This document shows positions 10,178 to 20,900 of a stretch of DNA of 64,000 bases, one piece after another. The translations under genes were made by a program, and so were the position numbers. Origin of the DNA: an uncultured Verrucomicrobiae bacterium (GTDB taxonomy: Bacteria > Verrucomicrobiota > Verrucomicrobiia > Chthoniobacterales > Chthoniobacteraceae); contig CAWIKF010000002.1 of assembly GCA_963836755.1 (NCBI GenBank), positions 576,001-640,000 of the forward strand, given 5' to 3'. The stretch's first letter is position 1. Every line of letters begins with the position of its first letter. The notes beneath the pieces were generated by a model. The model saw only the letters and a program-made list of their open reading frames with translations, made no database searches and was not told the origin of the DNA.

Positions 10178-10612
10178 ATGGCATCCAAGAGAGCAAGCGA
10201 CGAACTGTATGTCACACAGGTTAAAATTTTCACAGATGCGGGCGGTAGGGAAATCCAGCCTAGAGAAGAAAGGCAATACGAAATCCCACAGCGAACCGGA
10301 AATATGAACTACAAGGGCGACAATATTACCTTCTACCTCGATTTTCCGTTGGCACTGACAAGGGACGGAGCGACGACGGGCGGAATCAGGACGTATGTTA
10401 CCTATAAAATTGGGAAAACAAAAACGAAGGTGCAAACGGTATTCACCAATCGGGAGGCAGTTGTTACTGCTTTCGATATGGGTAATTTGCGAATGACGGG
10501 GTGTATGCCTATACTGCAACCTTTGTTAAATAAGGTTCGGAGGAAAAGCTGTAGCTTGCTGCACAACAAAAGCGAAACGAATGCCACGCTATCAGAAGCA
10601 AGAAAAAAATAG
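10178..10612 (+). CDS. Hypothetical protein (AT-richer island end)
   Basis: 144-aa ORF with ATG start; no recognisable motif. Confidence 0.4.
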   Translation: MASKRASDELYVTQVKIFTDAGGREIQPREERQYEIPQRTGNMNYKGDNITFYLDFPLALTRDGATTGGIRTYVTYKIGKTKTKVQTVFTNREAVVTAFDMGNLRMTGCMPILQPLLNKVRRKSCSLLHNKSETNATLSEARKK

Positions 10613-10880
10613 ATTCGGGAGGATTTGGAGTAGTCTATCGGGCGAAACGAATCGAAGACGGCGACATTTTTGCCTATAAGGAACTTAGCGCCGACGCTAC
10701 GGCTTCCGACAAAAAACGATTTGCTCGCGAGGTTGGAATCCAATCGAAATTGGAGCACGATAACATCGTCCCAATCATCGGATATGATTTAGAGAGGGAC
10801 ACGCTATTCTTTAGTATGCCGCTGGCGGAAGGTAGTCTGAGGGAAGAGTGCCTAACATTGCGGGACCATTCCCTGCAGAT
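10581..10880 (+). pseudogene. Ser/Thr protein kinase N-lobe remnant, frameshifted and truncated
   Basis: MPRYQKQE, shift in the A7 run 10603-10609, then KIDSGGFGVVYRAK...AYKEL...RFAREV...LEHDNIVPII...FSMPLAEGSL; no HRD or DFG motif follows. Confidence 0.8.
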
Positions 10881-11089
10881 GGCATCGACGGCGCGGTTGA
10901 TCCGCGTGCAGGTTTCTTTAGCGGTAACGTCGAGAAACCGATCTGGTAGGTGGAAAAAGTGTAAAGCAGCAAAAACGAGTTTTCATACAAAATCAGTGGG
11001 AGACGCCGAACCCTAGTGTTGGAACAGTCGTAAGAAAGGTTGCTCAATCTCCGGCTCGATTCCCGAACTGTTAACCTCTGTCGCTTGCT

Positions 11090-11782
11090 TTATGTCGCAT
11101 CATCGTTATTCGCGAATCGATAGCCGATACCAGGTTCCGTCTTAATCAAGACCGGATGTGCGGAGTTGCGCTCGATCTTCTGGCGCAGATGGGTGACGTA
11201 AACGCGCAGATACTGCCGGTGCTCCTCGCTTTTCGGTCCCCACACTTCACGCAGGATTTGGCGATGCGTTAGAACGCGCCCGGCATGGCGCACGAAGAAT
11301 CGGAGCAGCGCGTATTCTGTTGCGCTGAGTTTCACTTCGTTGCCGTCGCGCGTGACGATGCGGCTGATGAGATCGATGCTCAGGCCGTCTCTATTAAAAA
11401 TGGTTTCGTTTTCCGCGGGCTTTGCCCGGCGTTGCGCGACGCGCAGGCGAGCGAGCAGTTCGACAGCGCTGAACGGTTTCGTCACATAATCGTCGGCACC
11501 GGCATCGAGCGCTGCCACTTTTTGTTCCTCACGGTCGCGAACGGAGAGAATCACTACAGGGGTTTCGCTCCACTCACGCAGTCTCTTTAAAACTTCCACA
11601 CCGTCGAAATCAGGCAGACCGAGATCGAGAATGATCACATCTGGTCGGCGCGTCGCCGCTTCCGCCAGTCCATGCTGGCCCGTTTCGGCTTCGCAAACCA
11701 CATAGTCGTTCGCTTCCAAAGCGACGCGCAACAGGCGGCGAATTTGCACTTCGTCGTCGATGATCAGCACGCTCGGTTTCAT
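11090..11782 (-). CDS. kdpE: Response regulator KdpE
   Basis: Receiver DDE/LDLGLPD, ALDAGADDYVTKPF; winged helix YLRVYVTHLRQKIE..TEPGIGYRF. Confidence 0.95.
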   Translation of the reverse strand: MKPSVLIIDDEVQIRRLLRVALEANDYVVCEAETGQHGLAEAATRRPDVIILDLGLPDFDGVEVLKRLREWSETPVVILSVRDREEQKVAALDAGADDYVTKPFSAVELLARLRVAQRRAKPAENETIFNRDGLSIDLISRIVTRDGNEVKLSATEYALLRFFVRHAGRVLTHRQILREVWGPKSEEHRQYLRVYVTHLRQKIERNSAHPVLIKTEPGIGYRFANNDDAT

Positions 11783-14442
11783 GCACTGAGGCTTGCTTCT
11801 TTTGGTAATTCGAGTTGCTCCGTCGCAGGAAGTTTCACCACAAAACGCGCGCCACCGTCGGGGCGATTCGAAGCCGTAAGTTCCCCGCCATGCGCTCCGA
11901 CAAGCCGGCGGGCAATGGAAAGTCCAAGGCCGATACCGCCCGCGGGAGCGCTTGCGCTTCGGTAAAATTTGTCAAACACCCGTTGCTCTTCGCCTCCTTT
12001 CAATCCCGCTCCGCGATCGGCAACCGCAAAGCGCAGCGACCCTTCCGCGCGCGTGGCGCTGACTTCGATCAGCGAACCTTCCGGGCTGTAAAGAGTCGCG
12101 TTCGAGACGAGAGTCGAAAGCACTTGCTCGATCAAGCCCGAGTCGACGTGGATCGGCGGCAGATCGGGCGCAATTTCGATTTTCAAAATATGCTCTCGCG
12201 TTTGTTCCGACACACGCGCGAGCGCTTCGCGCACAAGCTCGCCAGCATCGCACCACTCCAGATTCGGCTTCATCAGGCCAGAATCCAGCCGCGTCATATC
12301 GAGCAAATTATCGACGACGCGCGTCAGTCGAATGACCGCGTGGCGTATTTCACGAAAAGTGGACTGCTCCCGTGGATCCTGTTCCAGAGCGGCTGAGATG
12401 GCTGCCAGCGGAGTTTTCAATTCATGGGAAACGCTGTCGAAAAGCGTTTGCTGGAGTTTCTCGGATTGCGCGGCGACCTGCATGCGGCGGCTGGCTTGCG
12501 TGAGGCGATCCTTTTCCACCGTGACTGCAATTTGCGCTGCAAAAGCTTCGAGCAATTCGCGCTGGCGCATCGTGATTTGCGTTTCGGGCGGAAACTTTAC
12601 TGCGAGCACACCTTCCACATTTTCGCCGGCGAGCAGCGGCAGATGCAGCGCCTCGGCATCGGGCAGCGTGTCAGTGAATCGCCCGGCCGGTTCGCGCTTT
12701 TGAAAAGCCCACGACGCAACGCTTTCTTCCTTCGCGCTCAATGCAAAACTGCTCGCCGGATGCGCCGCTCCCGTAAAAGCGCCCGACTCGTCGCGCAAGA
12801 GCAGCGCGGCTTTCGCGCCGAAAGTGTCGCCGATTTTCTGCGCGACCGTCGCGACGGTTTCTTCGATGTCTGGGCTCGCGGCCAGCGCGCGCGTGAGATG
12901 ATAAAGCGCCGTCGCACGCACCTCGCCGCGACGCTCGGCTTCCTCGCGTTCGCGCAGCCGTGCAGTGAGATGGCCAACGATCAGCGCGACCGCGAAATAC
13001 ATCACGAACATGATGCCGTCGCGCACTTCACCGATGTAAAAAGTGTATTTCGGCGGGATGAACAAAAAGTCCCACAGCCCCGCGCTCAAGCTGGCGAGAA
13101 AAAGCGTCGGCCAGCGGCGAAGTCGTGTCGCGGCAACGATCACGGCGAGCAAATAAATCAGCGCGATCGCCCAGTAACCGGCGATCGGCTCGAGCGCCAA
13201 ACCCGAGATCGTCACCACAGCCGCGACACACAAGCTCGCGATGTAGCCGCGCCAATCGGCCGGCTTATTTTGCTCGGATTCAGGCGCAGAGCGCTCCGGC
13301 GGCGATTCGGTGCGGACGAGATGCACATCGATGTCCCCGCTGTTTCGCACGATCCAATCGACTGGCGATTGCCGGAAAAATTTGCGCCACTTTTTTTCGA
13401 CGCCCGGTTTTCCGAGGATGATCTGCGAGACGTTGTGCTGCTGCGCCACGCGCAAAAGGGCCGCGCCGACATCCGCGCTTTCAATGGTGATCACCTCCGC
13501 GCCGAGCTGCCGCGCGAGCGCCAGGTTCAGCCCGAGCCGGACTTCATCGAGCGGAGTCAGCGCGCTCAACGTCTCCACATAAACCGCAAGCCAGCTCGCC
13601 TCCATCGAGGCCGCGGCACGCCGTGCCCAGCGGATCAATTGCTCCGACGACGGGCTCGGGCTGATTGCAACGAGCAAGCGATCGCCGGCCTTCCACGGCT
13701 GCGCGGCGACTTGCGTTGGTTTTAACTCGCGCAACTGCCGGTCCACATGCTCCGCAGTCAAACGCAGCGCCATTTCGCGTAGCGCGACGAGATTGCTTTC
13801 GCGAAAAAAATTGTCCGCAGCTGCTGCCGCACGGTCACCGAGATAGACTTTTCCCTCGTCGAGCCGGCGGCGAATTTGTGTCGGCGTCAGATCAATGAGC
13901 GAGATGTCGCAGGCACGGTCGAGCAGCGAATCCGGCACTGTTTCGCGCACCGTGATTCCGGTGATTTGCGCCACGGTATCTTTGCGACTTTCGACGTGCT
14001 GGACGTTGAGCGTTGTGTAGACATTGATGCCCGCATCGAGCAGCTCCAGCACGTCCTGGTAGCGTTTCGGATGACGGCTGCCGGGGGCGTTCGTGTGCGC
14101 GAGTTCGTCCACGAGCACGAGCTGCGGATGCCACACGAGAATCGCGTCGAGGTCCATTTCTTCGAGCATCGCGCCGCGATACGGCACCTGCATTCGCGGC
14201 AAAACGGGCACGCCTTCCAGTAGGGCAATCGTCTCCTTTCGCCCGTGCGTTTCGACAATTCCCGCAACAACTTCCACACCCTGCCCGCGCTTTTCCTGAG
14301 CAGCCAAAAGCATCGCGTAGGTTTTTCCCACGCCGGGGCACATGCCGAAGAAAATCTTCAGCCGTCCGCGTTGCGCCTTGTCGCGCTCCCGCGTCACGGA
14401 AGCGAGCAGCGCGTCGGGATCGGGCCTGGCTTCTTCGCTCAC
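11779..14442 (-). CDS. kdpD: Sensor histidine kinase KdpD
   Basis: RPDPDALL, GMCPGVGKTYAML, VDELAHTN, Usp domain, four TM segments, SHELKTPL, G-box. Confidence 0.97.
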   Translation of the reverse strand: MSEEARPDPDALLASVTRERDKAQRGRLKIFFGMCPGVGKTYAMLLAAQEKRGQGVEVVAGIVETHGRKETIALLEGVPVLPRMQVPYRGAMLEEMDLDAILVWHPQLVLVDELAHTNAPGSRHPKRYQDVLELLDAGINVYTTLNVQHVESRKDTVAQITGITVRETVPDSLLDRACDISLIDLTPTQIRRRLDEGKVYLGDRAAAAADNFFRESNLVALREMALRLTAEHVDRQLRELKPTQVAAQPWKAGDRLLVAISPSPSSEQLIRWARRAAASMEASWLAVYVETLSALTPLDEVRLGLNLALARQLGAEVITIESADVGAALLRVAQQHNVSQIILGKPGVEKKWRKFFRQSPVDWIVRNSGDIDVHLVRTESPPERSAPESEQNKPADWRGYIASLCVAAVVTISGLALEPIAGYWAIALIYLLAVIVAATRLRRWPTLFLASLSAGLWDFLFIPPKYTFYIGEVRDGIMFVMYFAVALIVGHLTARLREREEAERRGEVRATALYHLTRALAASPDIEETVATVAQKIGDTFGAKAALLLRDESGAFTGAAHPASSFALSAKEESVASWAFQKREPAGRFTDTLPDAEALHLPLLAGENVEGVLAVKFPPETQITMRQRELLEAFAAQIAVTVEKDRLTQASRRMQVAAQSEKLQQTLFDSVSHELKTPLAAISAALEQDPREQSTFREIRHAVIRLTRVVDNLLDMTRLDSGLMKPNLEWCDAGELVREALARVSEQTREHILKIEIAPDLPPIHVDSGLIEQVLSTLVSNATLYSPEGSLIEVSATRAEGSLRFAVADRGAGLKGGEEQRVFDKFYRSASAPAGGIGLGLSIARRLVGAHGGELTASNRPDGGARFVVKLPATEQLELPKEASLSA

Positions 14443-14447
14443 GAAAT

Positions 14448-14987
14448 CTACTTTAGTTCATCAAGAGCGAGATTGAGAGCGAGAACGTTCACTCGCGGCT
14501 CGCCGAGCACACCGAATTGCGGCGGTTCCGTGAAATCGAGCAACAGTTTTGCGATCTGGTCGGGCGTTATGTGACGAGCGGCTGCGACTCGCAAAGCCTG
14601 TTGTGATGCGGCTTCCGGGCTGATGTGCGGATCGAGCCCGCTCGCCGATGCTGTCAGCAAATCGACTGGGGCGTTGTCGCCAAACTTTGCACGGCGCTCC
14701 TCGATCGCCTTCGTGAGATCGCTGCTCGTCGGGCCCTTGTTGCTCGCACCCGAAGCGACGGTCGCGTAATCAGCCGCTGACGGACGCGGCCAGAAATAGC
14801 GCGGATTCACAAACTTTTGCGCGATCAACTTTGAGCCAATAAGCCTATTGTCACGCATCACGAGCGATCCCTCCGCTTGATGCGAAAACGCAATCCGCGA
14901 AATGGCTGTGATCGCGAGCGGATAGATAACGCCCGTGAGCAATGTGAACACGAGAAGAATGCGGATGGATTGGACGATGGTTTTCAT
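14448..14987 (-). CDS. kdpC: K+-transporting ATPase subunit C
   Basis: TGVIYPL, YFWPRPSA, TASASGLDPHISP, GEPRVNVLALNLALD; ATG at 14987. Confidence 0.95.
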   Translation of the reverse strand: MKTIVQSIRILLVFTLLTGVIYPLAITAISRIAFSHQAEGSLVMRDNRLIGSKLIAQKFVNPRYFWPRPSAADYATVASGASNKGPTSSDLTKAIEERRAKFGDNAPVDLLTASASGLDPHISPEAASQQALRVAAARHITPDQIAKLLLDFTEPPQFGVLGEPRVNVLALNLALDELK

Positions 14988-15175
14988 AAAGTTGCCGGAC
15001 GAGATTGCGGGCGCGGATTGCTGACAAACCACGTCCACGACGGCTCTGGCTCTTGTTTCGCAACGATGGCTTCCGATTCTTCATCCAATGCAGCGAGACA
15101 TTCGTGCAGCCGTTTTTCGAAAAATTCGGGCGCGGTATCAACCGGCACAAAAATGAAGGCGATGGTGGATTTCAT
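14984..15175 (-). CDS. Small hypothetical protein (63 aa) between kdpB and kdpC
   Basis: ATG 13 nt after the kdpB stop; its stop overlaps the kdpC start as ATGA. Confidence 0.55.
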   Translation of the reverse strand: MKSTIAFIFVPVDTAPEFFEKRLHECLAALDEESEAIVAKQEPEPSWTWFVSNPRPQSRPATL

Positions 15176-15188
15176 ATTGATTTGTGAT

Positions 15189-17264
15189 TCATGCGAGGTG
15201 CAGCGCGACGAGCGCGAGGTCTATGGCTTTGATGCCGATGAACGGCGCAACGATGCCGCCGACGCCATAGATCAGGACGTTACGCGTGAGCACTTGCGCG
15301 GCGCCGACGGCGCGATATTTCACGCCTGCCAGCGCGAGCGGAATCAGCGCGACGATGATCAGTGCGTTGAAAATGACGGCGCTCAAAATCGCGCTCGCGG
15401 GCGAGTGCAGGCGCATGATGTTCAACGCGTCGAGCGGGCCGTGCGCGGTGCCGCTGACGGCGTAAAGCAGGCCGAACATCGCGGGCAGAATCGCGAAGTA
15501 TTTCGCCACATCGTTTGCGATGGAAAACGTCGTGAGCGCGCCCCGGGTCATCAGCAGTTGCTTCCCGATTTCGACGATTTCGATGAGCTTCGTCGGGTTG
15601 CTGTCGAGGTCGACCATGTTGCCGGCTTCGCGCGCGGCTTGCGTGCCGGTATTCATCGCGACGCCGACATCAGCTTGCGCCAAAGCGGGCGCGTCGTTCG
15701 TGCCGTCGCCGGTCATCGCGACGAGCCTGCCGTGCGCCTGCTCATCACGAATGCGCCGCAGTTTGTCCTCGGGCGTGGCTTGCGCCATGAAGTCGTCCAC
15801 GCCGGCTTCTGCAGCGATCGCGCCGGCGGTGAGCGGGTTGTCGCCGGTGATCATCACGGTGCGAATTCCCATTTTTCGGAGTTGCGCGAAACGCTCGCGG
15901 ATGCCGCCTTTGACCACATCTTTCAGCTCGATCACACCGAGCGTTTCGCGTCCCCGCGCGACGACAAGCGGGGTCGCGCCGCGCTTGGAAACTTCATCTA
16001 CGGACTTCGCGACTGCCGAAGGATAAATGCCGCCGAGAGACTCCACGAGCTGCTGCACAGACTGCGCCGCCCCTTTGCGAATCGAGATCGCCGCCTGTCC
16101 GTCGAGCCCCGCGAAATCGACGCCGCTCATGCGCGTTTGCGCGGTGAACGGCACGAACGTCGCGTGCGGTTCGGCGACTTCGCGCCCGCGCAGATTGTAT
16201 TTTTCTTTCGCCAAAACGACGATGCTCCGGCCCTCGGGAGTTTCGTCGGCGAGCGACGCGAGCTGCGCGGCATCGGCGAGCTGCGCGTCGGTAAATCCCG
16301 GCGCGGGAATGAACGCGGACGCCATGCGGTTTCCCATCGTGATCGTGCCGGTTTTGTCGAGCAGCAGCACGTCAATGTCGCCCGCGGCTTCGACCGCGCG
16401 GCCCGATGTCGCGAGCACGTTTCGGCGCACGAGCCGGTCGATTCCGCTGATGCCAATCGCGCTCAAAAGCCCGCCGATCGTCGTCGGAATCAAACACACG
16501 AGCAGCGCGATGAGCACCGGCATCGAGACATCCACGACGCCGTTTTGGCCCGCCGCTTTTTCCGAATAATGCGCGAACGCCGGCAGCGTAAAAACCGCCA
16601 GCACAAAGAGCGCGGTGAGGCTCACGAGCAAGATTCCGAGCGCGATTTCGTTCGGCGTTTTTTGCCGTTTCGCGCCTTCTACCATCGCGATCATGCGGTC
16701 GATGAAAGTGTCGCCTTGCTCGCTCGTGATTCGGATTACGATGCGGTCGCTGATGACGCGCGTGCCGCCGGTGACGGCGCTGCGGTCGCCGCCGCTTTCG
16801 CGAATGACCGGCGCGCTTTCACCCGTAATCGCAGACTCGTCCACGCTCGCGATTCCCTCGATGACTTCTCCGTCGCCTGGGATCGCGTCGCCGGATTCGC
16901 ACACGACGAGATCGCCTTTTTTTAAATCACTCGCCGCGGCGCTTTCCTCGCGGCCGTTCACGAGCCGGCGCGCCATCGTGGTCGTGCGCATCGCGCGGAG
17001 CGCTGCGGCCTGCGCTTTGCCGCGACCTTCTGCCATCGCCTCGGCGAAATTTGCAAACAGCACCGTGAACCAAAGCCAGATTGTGAGCTGCAAATAGAAG
17101 CCGCTGAAATGCGCGACCGTAATGAAGCTCGTGACTACCGAGCCGACAAAAACAACGAACATCACCGGGTTTTTCGACTGCACGCGCGGGTCGAGTTTCT
17201 TGCACGCGTCGAGCACTGCTGGATGCAGCAGCGCCGGGTCGAAGATGGAGGATTTTGTGTTCAT
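15189..17264 (-). CDS. kdpB: K+-transporting ATPase subunit B
   Basis: [37 protein letters not shown]. Confidence 0.98.
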   Translation of the reverse strand: MNTKSSIFDPALLHPAVLDACKKLDPRVQSKNPVMFVVFVGSVVTSFITVAHFSGFYLQLTIWLWFTVLFANFAEAMAEGRGKAQAAALRAMRTTTMARRLVNGREESAAASDLKKGDLVVCESGDAIPGDGEVIEGIASVDESAITGESAPVIRESGGDRSAVTGGTRVISDRIVIRITSEQGDTFIDRMIAMVEGAKRQKTPNEIALGILLVSLTALFVLAVFTLPAFAHYSEKAAGQNGVVDVSMPVLIALLVCLIPTTIGGLLSAIGISGIDRLVRRNVLATSGRAVEAAGDIDVLLLDKTGTITMGNRMASAFIPAPGFTDAQLADAAQLASLADETPEGRSIVVLAKEKYNLRGREVAEPHATFVPFTAQTRMSGVDFAGLDGQAAISIRKGAAQSVQQLVESLGGIYPSAVAKSVDEVSKRGATPLVVARGRETLGVIELKDVVKGGIRERFAQLRKMGIRTVMITGDNPLTAGAIAAEAGVDDFMAQATPEDKLRRIRDEQAHGRLVAMTGDGTNDAPALAQADVGVAMNTGTQAAREAGNMVDLDSNPTKLIEIVEIGKQLLMTRGALTTFSIANDVAKYFAILPAMFGLLYAVSGTAHGPLDALNIMRLHSPASAILSAVIFNALIIVALIPLALAGVKYRAVGAAQVLTRNVLIYGVGGIVAPFIGIKAIDLALVALHLA

Positions 17265-17290
17265 ATTTTTGGAAAATTTGCGTGTGGTTT

Positions 17291-19069
17291 TTAGAAACTG
17301 CGGCCTGCGGCCATGAGGAAGTGCTCGACGATCGGGCCGAGCGAGAGCACCGGGAAAAAGGTGAGACCGGCGACGATCACGACCACGCTGACGAGCAGCA
17401 CGGAGAAAGTGGGGCCGTTCGTCGGGAACGTGCCGGAACTCGGCGGCGCGACTTTTTTCCGCGCCATGTTGCTGGCGATGGCGAGCACCGGAACGATGAT
17501 CAGGAACCGCCCCAAAAACATGCCGGCGGCGAGCAGGTAATTGTAGAAACCGGTGTTCACCGTGAGGCCGGCGAAGGCGCTGCCGTTGTTCCCCGCCGCG
17601 CTCGTGAAGGCGTAGAGAATTTCGCTCAAACCATGCGGACCGTTGTTATTCAAACCGGCCAGCCCGGCGGGTGCGACGACACCAATTGCCGCGCCGATGA
17701 GAATGAGCGCGCACGGTGCGAGGATCGCCACGATGGCCCAGCGAATTTCCGGCGCTTCGATTTTTTTGCCGAGATATTCCGGCGTCCGCCCGACCATCAA
17801 CCCGGCGATGAAAACCGTGAGCAAAACGAACATCAGCATTCCGTAAAGTCCGCAGCCGATACCGCCGAAAACGATCTCGCCGAGCTGGATGTTCAGCATC
17901 GCGACGAGGCCGGCGATAGGCGACAGCGAGTCGTGCATCGCATTCACGGATCCGTTGGAAGTCGCAGTCGTGGCGGTGCTCCAGAGCACGCTGTTCATCA
18001 CGCCGAAGCGCTGCTCTTTTCCTTCCAGCGAGCCGGCGAGATGCGTGACGGGATTCATCTGCGCCTCGGCGCTCCACGACGCGGCGAAGCCGATGAGAAA
18101 TAGCACGAGCATCGCCGTCCAGATCGCCCAGCCCTGGCGCTTGTCGCCGACGAGTATTCCGTAGGTGTAAACCAGCGCGCTCGGGATCGCGAGGATCGCG
18201 AGCATTTCCAAAAAGTTCGTCAGCGGCGTCGGATTTTCAAAAGGGTGCGCGCTGTTCTGGCCAAAAAATCCGCCGCCGTTTGTGCCGAGTTGTTTGATCG
18301 CGATTTGCGACGCGGCGGGGCCTTGCGGGATCGTTTGCTCGGTCACGGTTTGTTCTTCCATCACCGGATTTCCCACTGCGTCTTTTACGGCAGCGCCGCT
18401 CGCATCCACTTTCGCGATCTGGGTTTTGTAAGGCGCGATCAGCGTCGCCGTATCGTATGCGCGGAAGTTTTGGATCACGCCTTGCGAGACCAGGACGAGC
18501 GCGAAAACAAACGCGAGCGGCAGCAAGACATAGAGCGTCGAGCGCGTGAGATCTGCCCAGAAATTTCCGAGTGTGTTCGATTGCTTCCGAGTTAAGCCGC
18601 GCACCAGCGCGAGCAGCACAGCGATGCCAGTCGCGGCGCTGGTGAAATTGTGCACCGCGAGCCCGCACATTTGCGTGAGGTAACTCATCGTCGCCTCGCC
18701 GGAATACGCCTGCCAATTCGTGTTCGTCATGAATGACACCGCGGTGTTCAGCGCGAGCGCGAACGGCACATTCGGCAAGTGCTGCGGATTCAGCGGCAAC
18801 CACGCTTGCGTCATCATTTGCGCGAGCGTCAGCAGGGAGCCGGCGAAATTAAACGCGAGCAACGCGCCGAGATACGCGAGCCACGTCATCTCCCGCTTCG
18901 CGTCGATGCCGCTCGTTTTGTAAATCAGCTTTTCAATCGGCCCGAGCAGCGGCGAAAGAAACGTGCGCTTGCCTTCAAAAACTCGCGCCATGAAGCCGCC
19001 GAGGATCGGCGTGAGCAAAATGACCGCGCCGAGATAAAGCGCCAGTTGGATGAAATCGCGTTCGTGCAT
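17291..19069 (-). CDS. kdpA: K+-transporting ATPase subunit A
   Basis: [55 protein letters not shown]. Confidence 0.98.
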   Translation of the reverse strand: MHERDFIQLALYLGAVILLTPILGGFMARVFEGKRTFLSPLLGPIEKLIYKTSGIDAKREMTWLAYLGALLAFNFAGSLLTLAQMMTQAWLPLNPQHLPNVPFALALNTAVSFMTNTNWQAYSGEATMSYLTQMCGLAVHNFTSAATGIAVLLALVRGLTRKQSNTLGNFWADLTRSTLYVLLPLAFVFALVLVSQGVIQNFRAYDTATLIAPYKTQIAKVDASGAAVKDAVGNPVMEEQTVTEQTIPQGPAASQIAIKQLGTNGGGFFGQNSAHPFENPTPLTNFLEMLAILAIPSALVYTYGILVGDKRQGWAIWTAMLVLFLIGFAASWSAEAQMNPVTHLAGSLEGKEQRFGVMNSVLWSTATTATSNGSVNAMHDSLSPIAGLVAMLNIQLGEIVFGGIGCGLYGMLMFVLLTVFIAGLMVGRTPEYLGKKIEAPEIRWAIVAILAPCALILIGAAIGVVAPAGLAGLNNNGPHGLSEILYAFTSAAGNNGSAFAGLTVNTGFYNYLLAAGMFLGRFLIIVPVLAIASNMARKKVAPPSSGTFPTNGPTFSVLLVSVVVIVAGLTFFPVLSLGPIVEHFLMAAGRSF

Positions 19070-19125
19070 GAGCCCAGCATCGAACGCGAATGGGCGAGAG
19101 CGTTAATTAAACAAGGACCGGAAAG

Positions 19126-19144
19126 CATTAAAAAAACATTAAAA
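19126..19144 (-). promoter_or_regulatory. Putative KdpE-binding box
   Basis: Minus strand TTTTAATGTTTTTTTAATG, a T-rich direct repeat with 11-bp period about 57-75 bp upstream of kdpA. Confidence 0.6.
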
Positions 19145-19413
19145 CGCCGTGGTTCCATCAGGCTCGGATTGCGCATTTAACAGCGTCTTACGGCTCTCAA
19201 TTTCCGCGCCGAGAGTCGAGGCTCTGGAGTGCGGGAACACGCCGAACGTCTTGTTTGCGCATTATCATGAACTGGTCACTCCGCAGCAGGCGCAGGAATG
19301 GTTCAGTATCTTTGCATCCGCAAACTATCCAATGTCTGGTCGATAGGCGCTCCAAGCATGTAACCAAGCGGCGGTGGAAGTTGAGCTTCGCTGCTTAGTG
19401 TCACGCATGGCGA

Positions 19414-19435
19414 ATTGTCGTGCCGGCACGACAAT
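19414..19435. promoter_or_regulatory. Perfect 22-bp palindrome (candidate operator)
   Basis: ATTGTCGTGCCGGCACGACAAT between the divergent kdpA and ZIP genes. Confidence 0.45.
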
Positions 19436-19557
19436 CTAACCTTCCGGGCGTTGCGAGATGGACAGGAATTCAGCGGCAGAAAAATCCGTGATCAAGCAGC
19501 GCCAGCCCGGACATAAGCCGATACCGTCTGCGGCGAGCGTTATACTGCTGAAACAAC

Positions 19558-20352
19558 ATGATCCTTCTTGCTGCCGCATTCATGAGTGGTGTGCCCGTAT
19601 GGTTGCGCGCGGGCATCTGGGGCTTTGTCGCTGGCGCCGCGTTGATTCTGGGCGCTGCGGTGGCGTGGCTTGTGGCGGTGCCGGTGCGACTGATTGCCGC
19701 GATCATGGCTTTTGGCAGCGGCGTCCTGATCTCCGCGCTGGCATTTGATCTGATGGATGAAGCTTATAAACGCGGCGGTTTTGATTCGACAGCCATCGGT
19801 TTTCTCGGCGGCTCGATTGTCTATACAGCCGCCAACTGGCTGCTTGCCCATCACGGCGCGAAGCATCGCAAACGCTCCGGTCACAAGCAGCAGCAACCAT
19901 CGGAAGAAGACCGCAGCGGCAGCGGCGTCGCCATTGCCGTCGGCGCGCTGCTCGATGGGATCCCGGAGTCAATCGTCATCGGACTGAGTCTGCTTAAAGG
20001 TGGTGCGGTCAGTTCCGTGGCGGTCATCGCAATTTTCCTTTCCAACATCCCCGAAGGTCTCTCCAGTGCCGCCGGGATGAAAAAGGCGGGACGCCCGGCG
20101 GCTTACGTTTTTGGCGTGTGGGGCGGCATCGCGCTTGTCTCCGGCGTTGCCGCACTCTTGGGCTACAGCGTGTTCGGAAATTTCTCGGATGAAATCGTCG
20201 CCGCGACCACGGCAACTGCCGCCGGCGCGATTCTTTCCATGCTCGCGGATACGATGATTCCCGAGGCTTTCGAGGAAGCGCATGATTTTGCGGGACTGAT
20301 CACTGTCGCCGGATTTCTCGCGGCCTTTGTGCTGACGAAGATCGGAGGATGA
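19558..20352 (+). CDS. ZIP family metal transporter (start may be 19582 or 19591)
   Basis: MAFGSGVLISALAFDL, LLDGIPES, FLSNIPEGL, DTMIPEAF; multiple TM helices. Confidence 0.88.
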   Translation: MILLAAAFMSGVPVWLRAGIWGFVAGAALILGAAVAWLVAVPVRLIAAIMAFGSGVLISALAFDLMDEAYKRGGFDSTAIGFLGGSIVYTAANWLLAHHGAKHRKRSGHKQQQPSEEDRSGSGVAIAVGALLDGIPESIVIGLSLLKGGAVSSVAVIAIFLSNIPEGLSSAAGMKKAGRPAAYVFGVWGGIALVSGVAALLGYSVFGNFSDEIVAATTATAAGAILSMLADTMIPEAFEEAHDFAGLITVAGFLAAFVLTKIGG

Positions 20353-20367
20353 GCTGCGATTCCCGCA

Positions 20368-20710
20368 ATGGAAACCATCGCCGAAAAGTTTCACAAGATT
20401 CATGATCGCGGACGGCCTTTTATCAGCACATGTCTCTACGGATTGGTTGCGAGTCTGGCAGCGGTGGGATTTCAACTGCTGATCAACTGGCTCTACGACT
20501 TCTGCTACAAATCCCGGGCTGGCTACGGGTTCTGGCAGTTCGCCGGAATCACGCTTGCGGCCATGACCGTTTCCTCGTTGGCACCCGAATGACTTTTAAA
20601 TTCGTTTTGTCCGCAAGCGGCTGGTAGCGGGATTCCACAGGTCAAGCTGGCGTTTTGGAAAGAGTTTGGTTTTAGTTTGCGCCGCATCGCGTGGATTAAA
20701 TTTGTCGCCG
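20368..20710 (+). pseudogene. ClC chloride channel/antiporter N-terminal remnant
   Basis: TM helices, in-frame TGA at 20590-20592, then LLNSFCPQAAGSGIPQVKLAFW (GSGIP signature); truncated. Confidence 0.82.
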
Positions 20711-20900
20711 ACGCTTGGGACGGATTATTTGAACGTTATGGCGCGGGATTTCGTCAAATAATTAGAAGGCATTCGACCGGAACCGCGACTATTTAACCGC
20801 GTTACTGGTATGCGCCACGGAAATCAAACCGCAAGCGGATTAGCCGGCTGAGTGCCAGGAGTCCAGTGGCGAAACCGGGAGATGCGGAAGCTATACTGTC

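Noticed and set aside
14877..16925. 682-aa + strand ORF and other long antisense ORFs (12424-13725, 22609-24633, 29920-31479, 52705-53994, 57091-58416, 59571-60881)
   Set aside because: Shadow frames of well-supported genes in GC-rich DNA; no motifs
19070..19350. kdpF
   Set aside because: No ~30-aa hydrophobic minus-strand ORF with the typical YL..AL..PE.F ending was found
20590..20592. Selenocysteine readthrough of the TGA in the ClC fragment
   Set aside because: Position fits Trp (TGG to TGA) and the gene is truncated shortly after anyway
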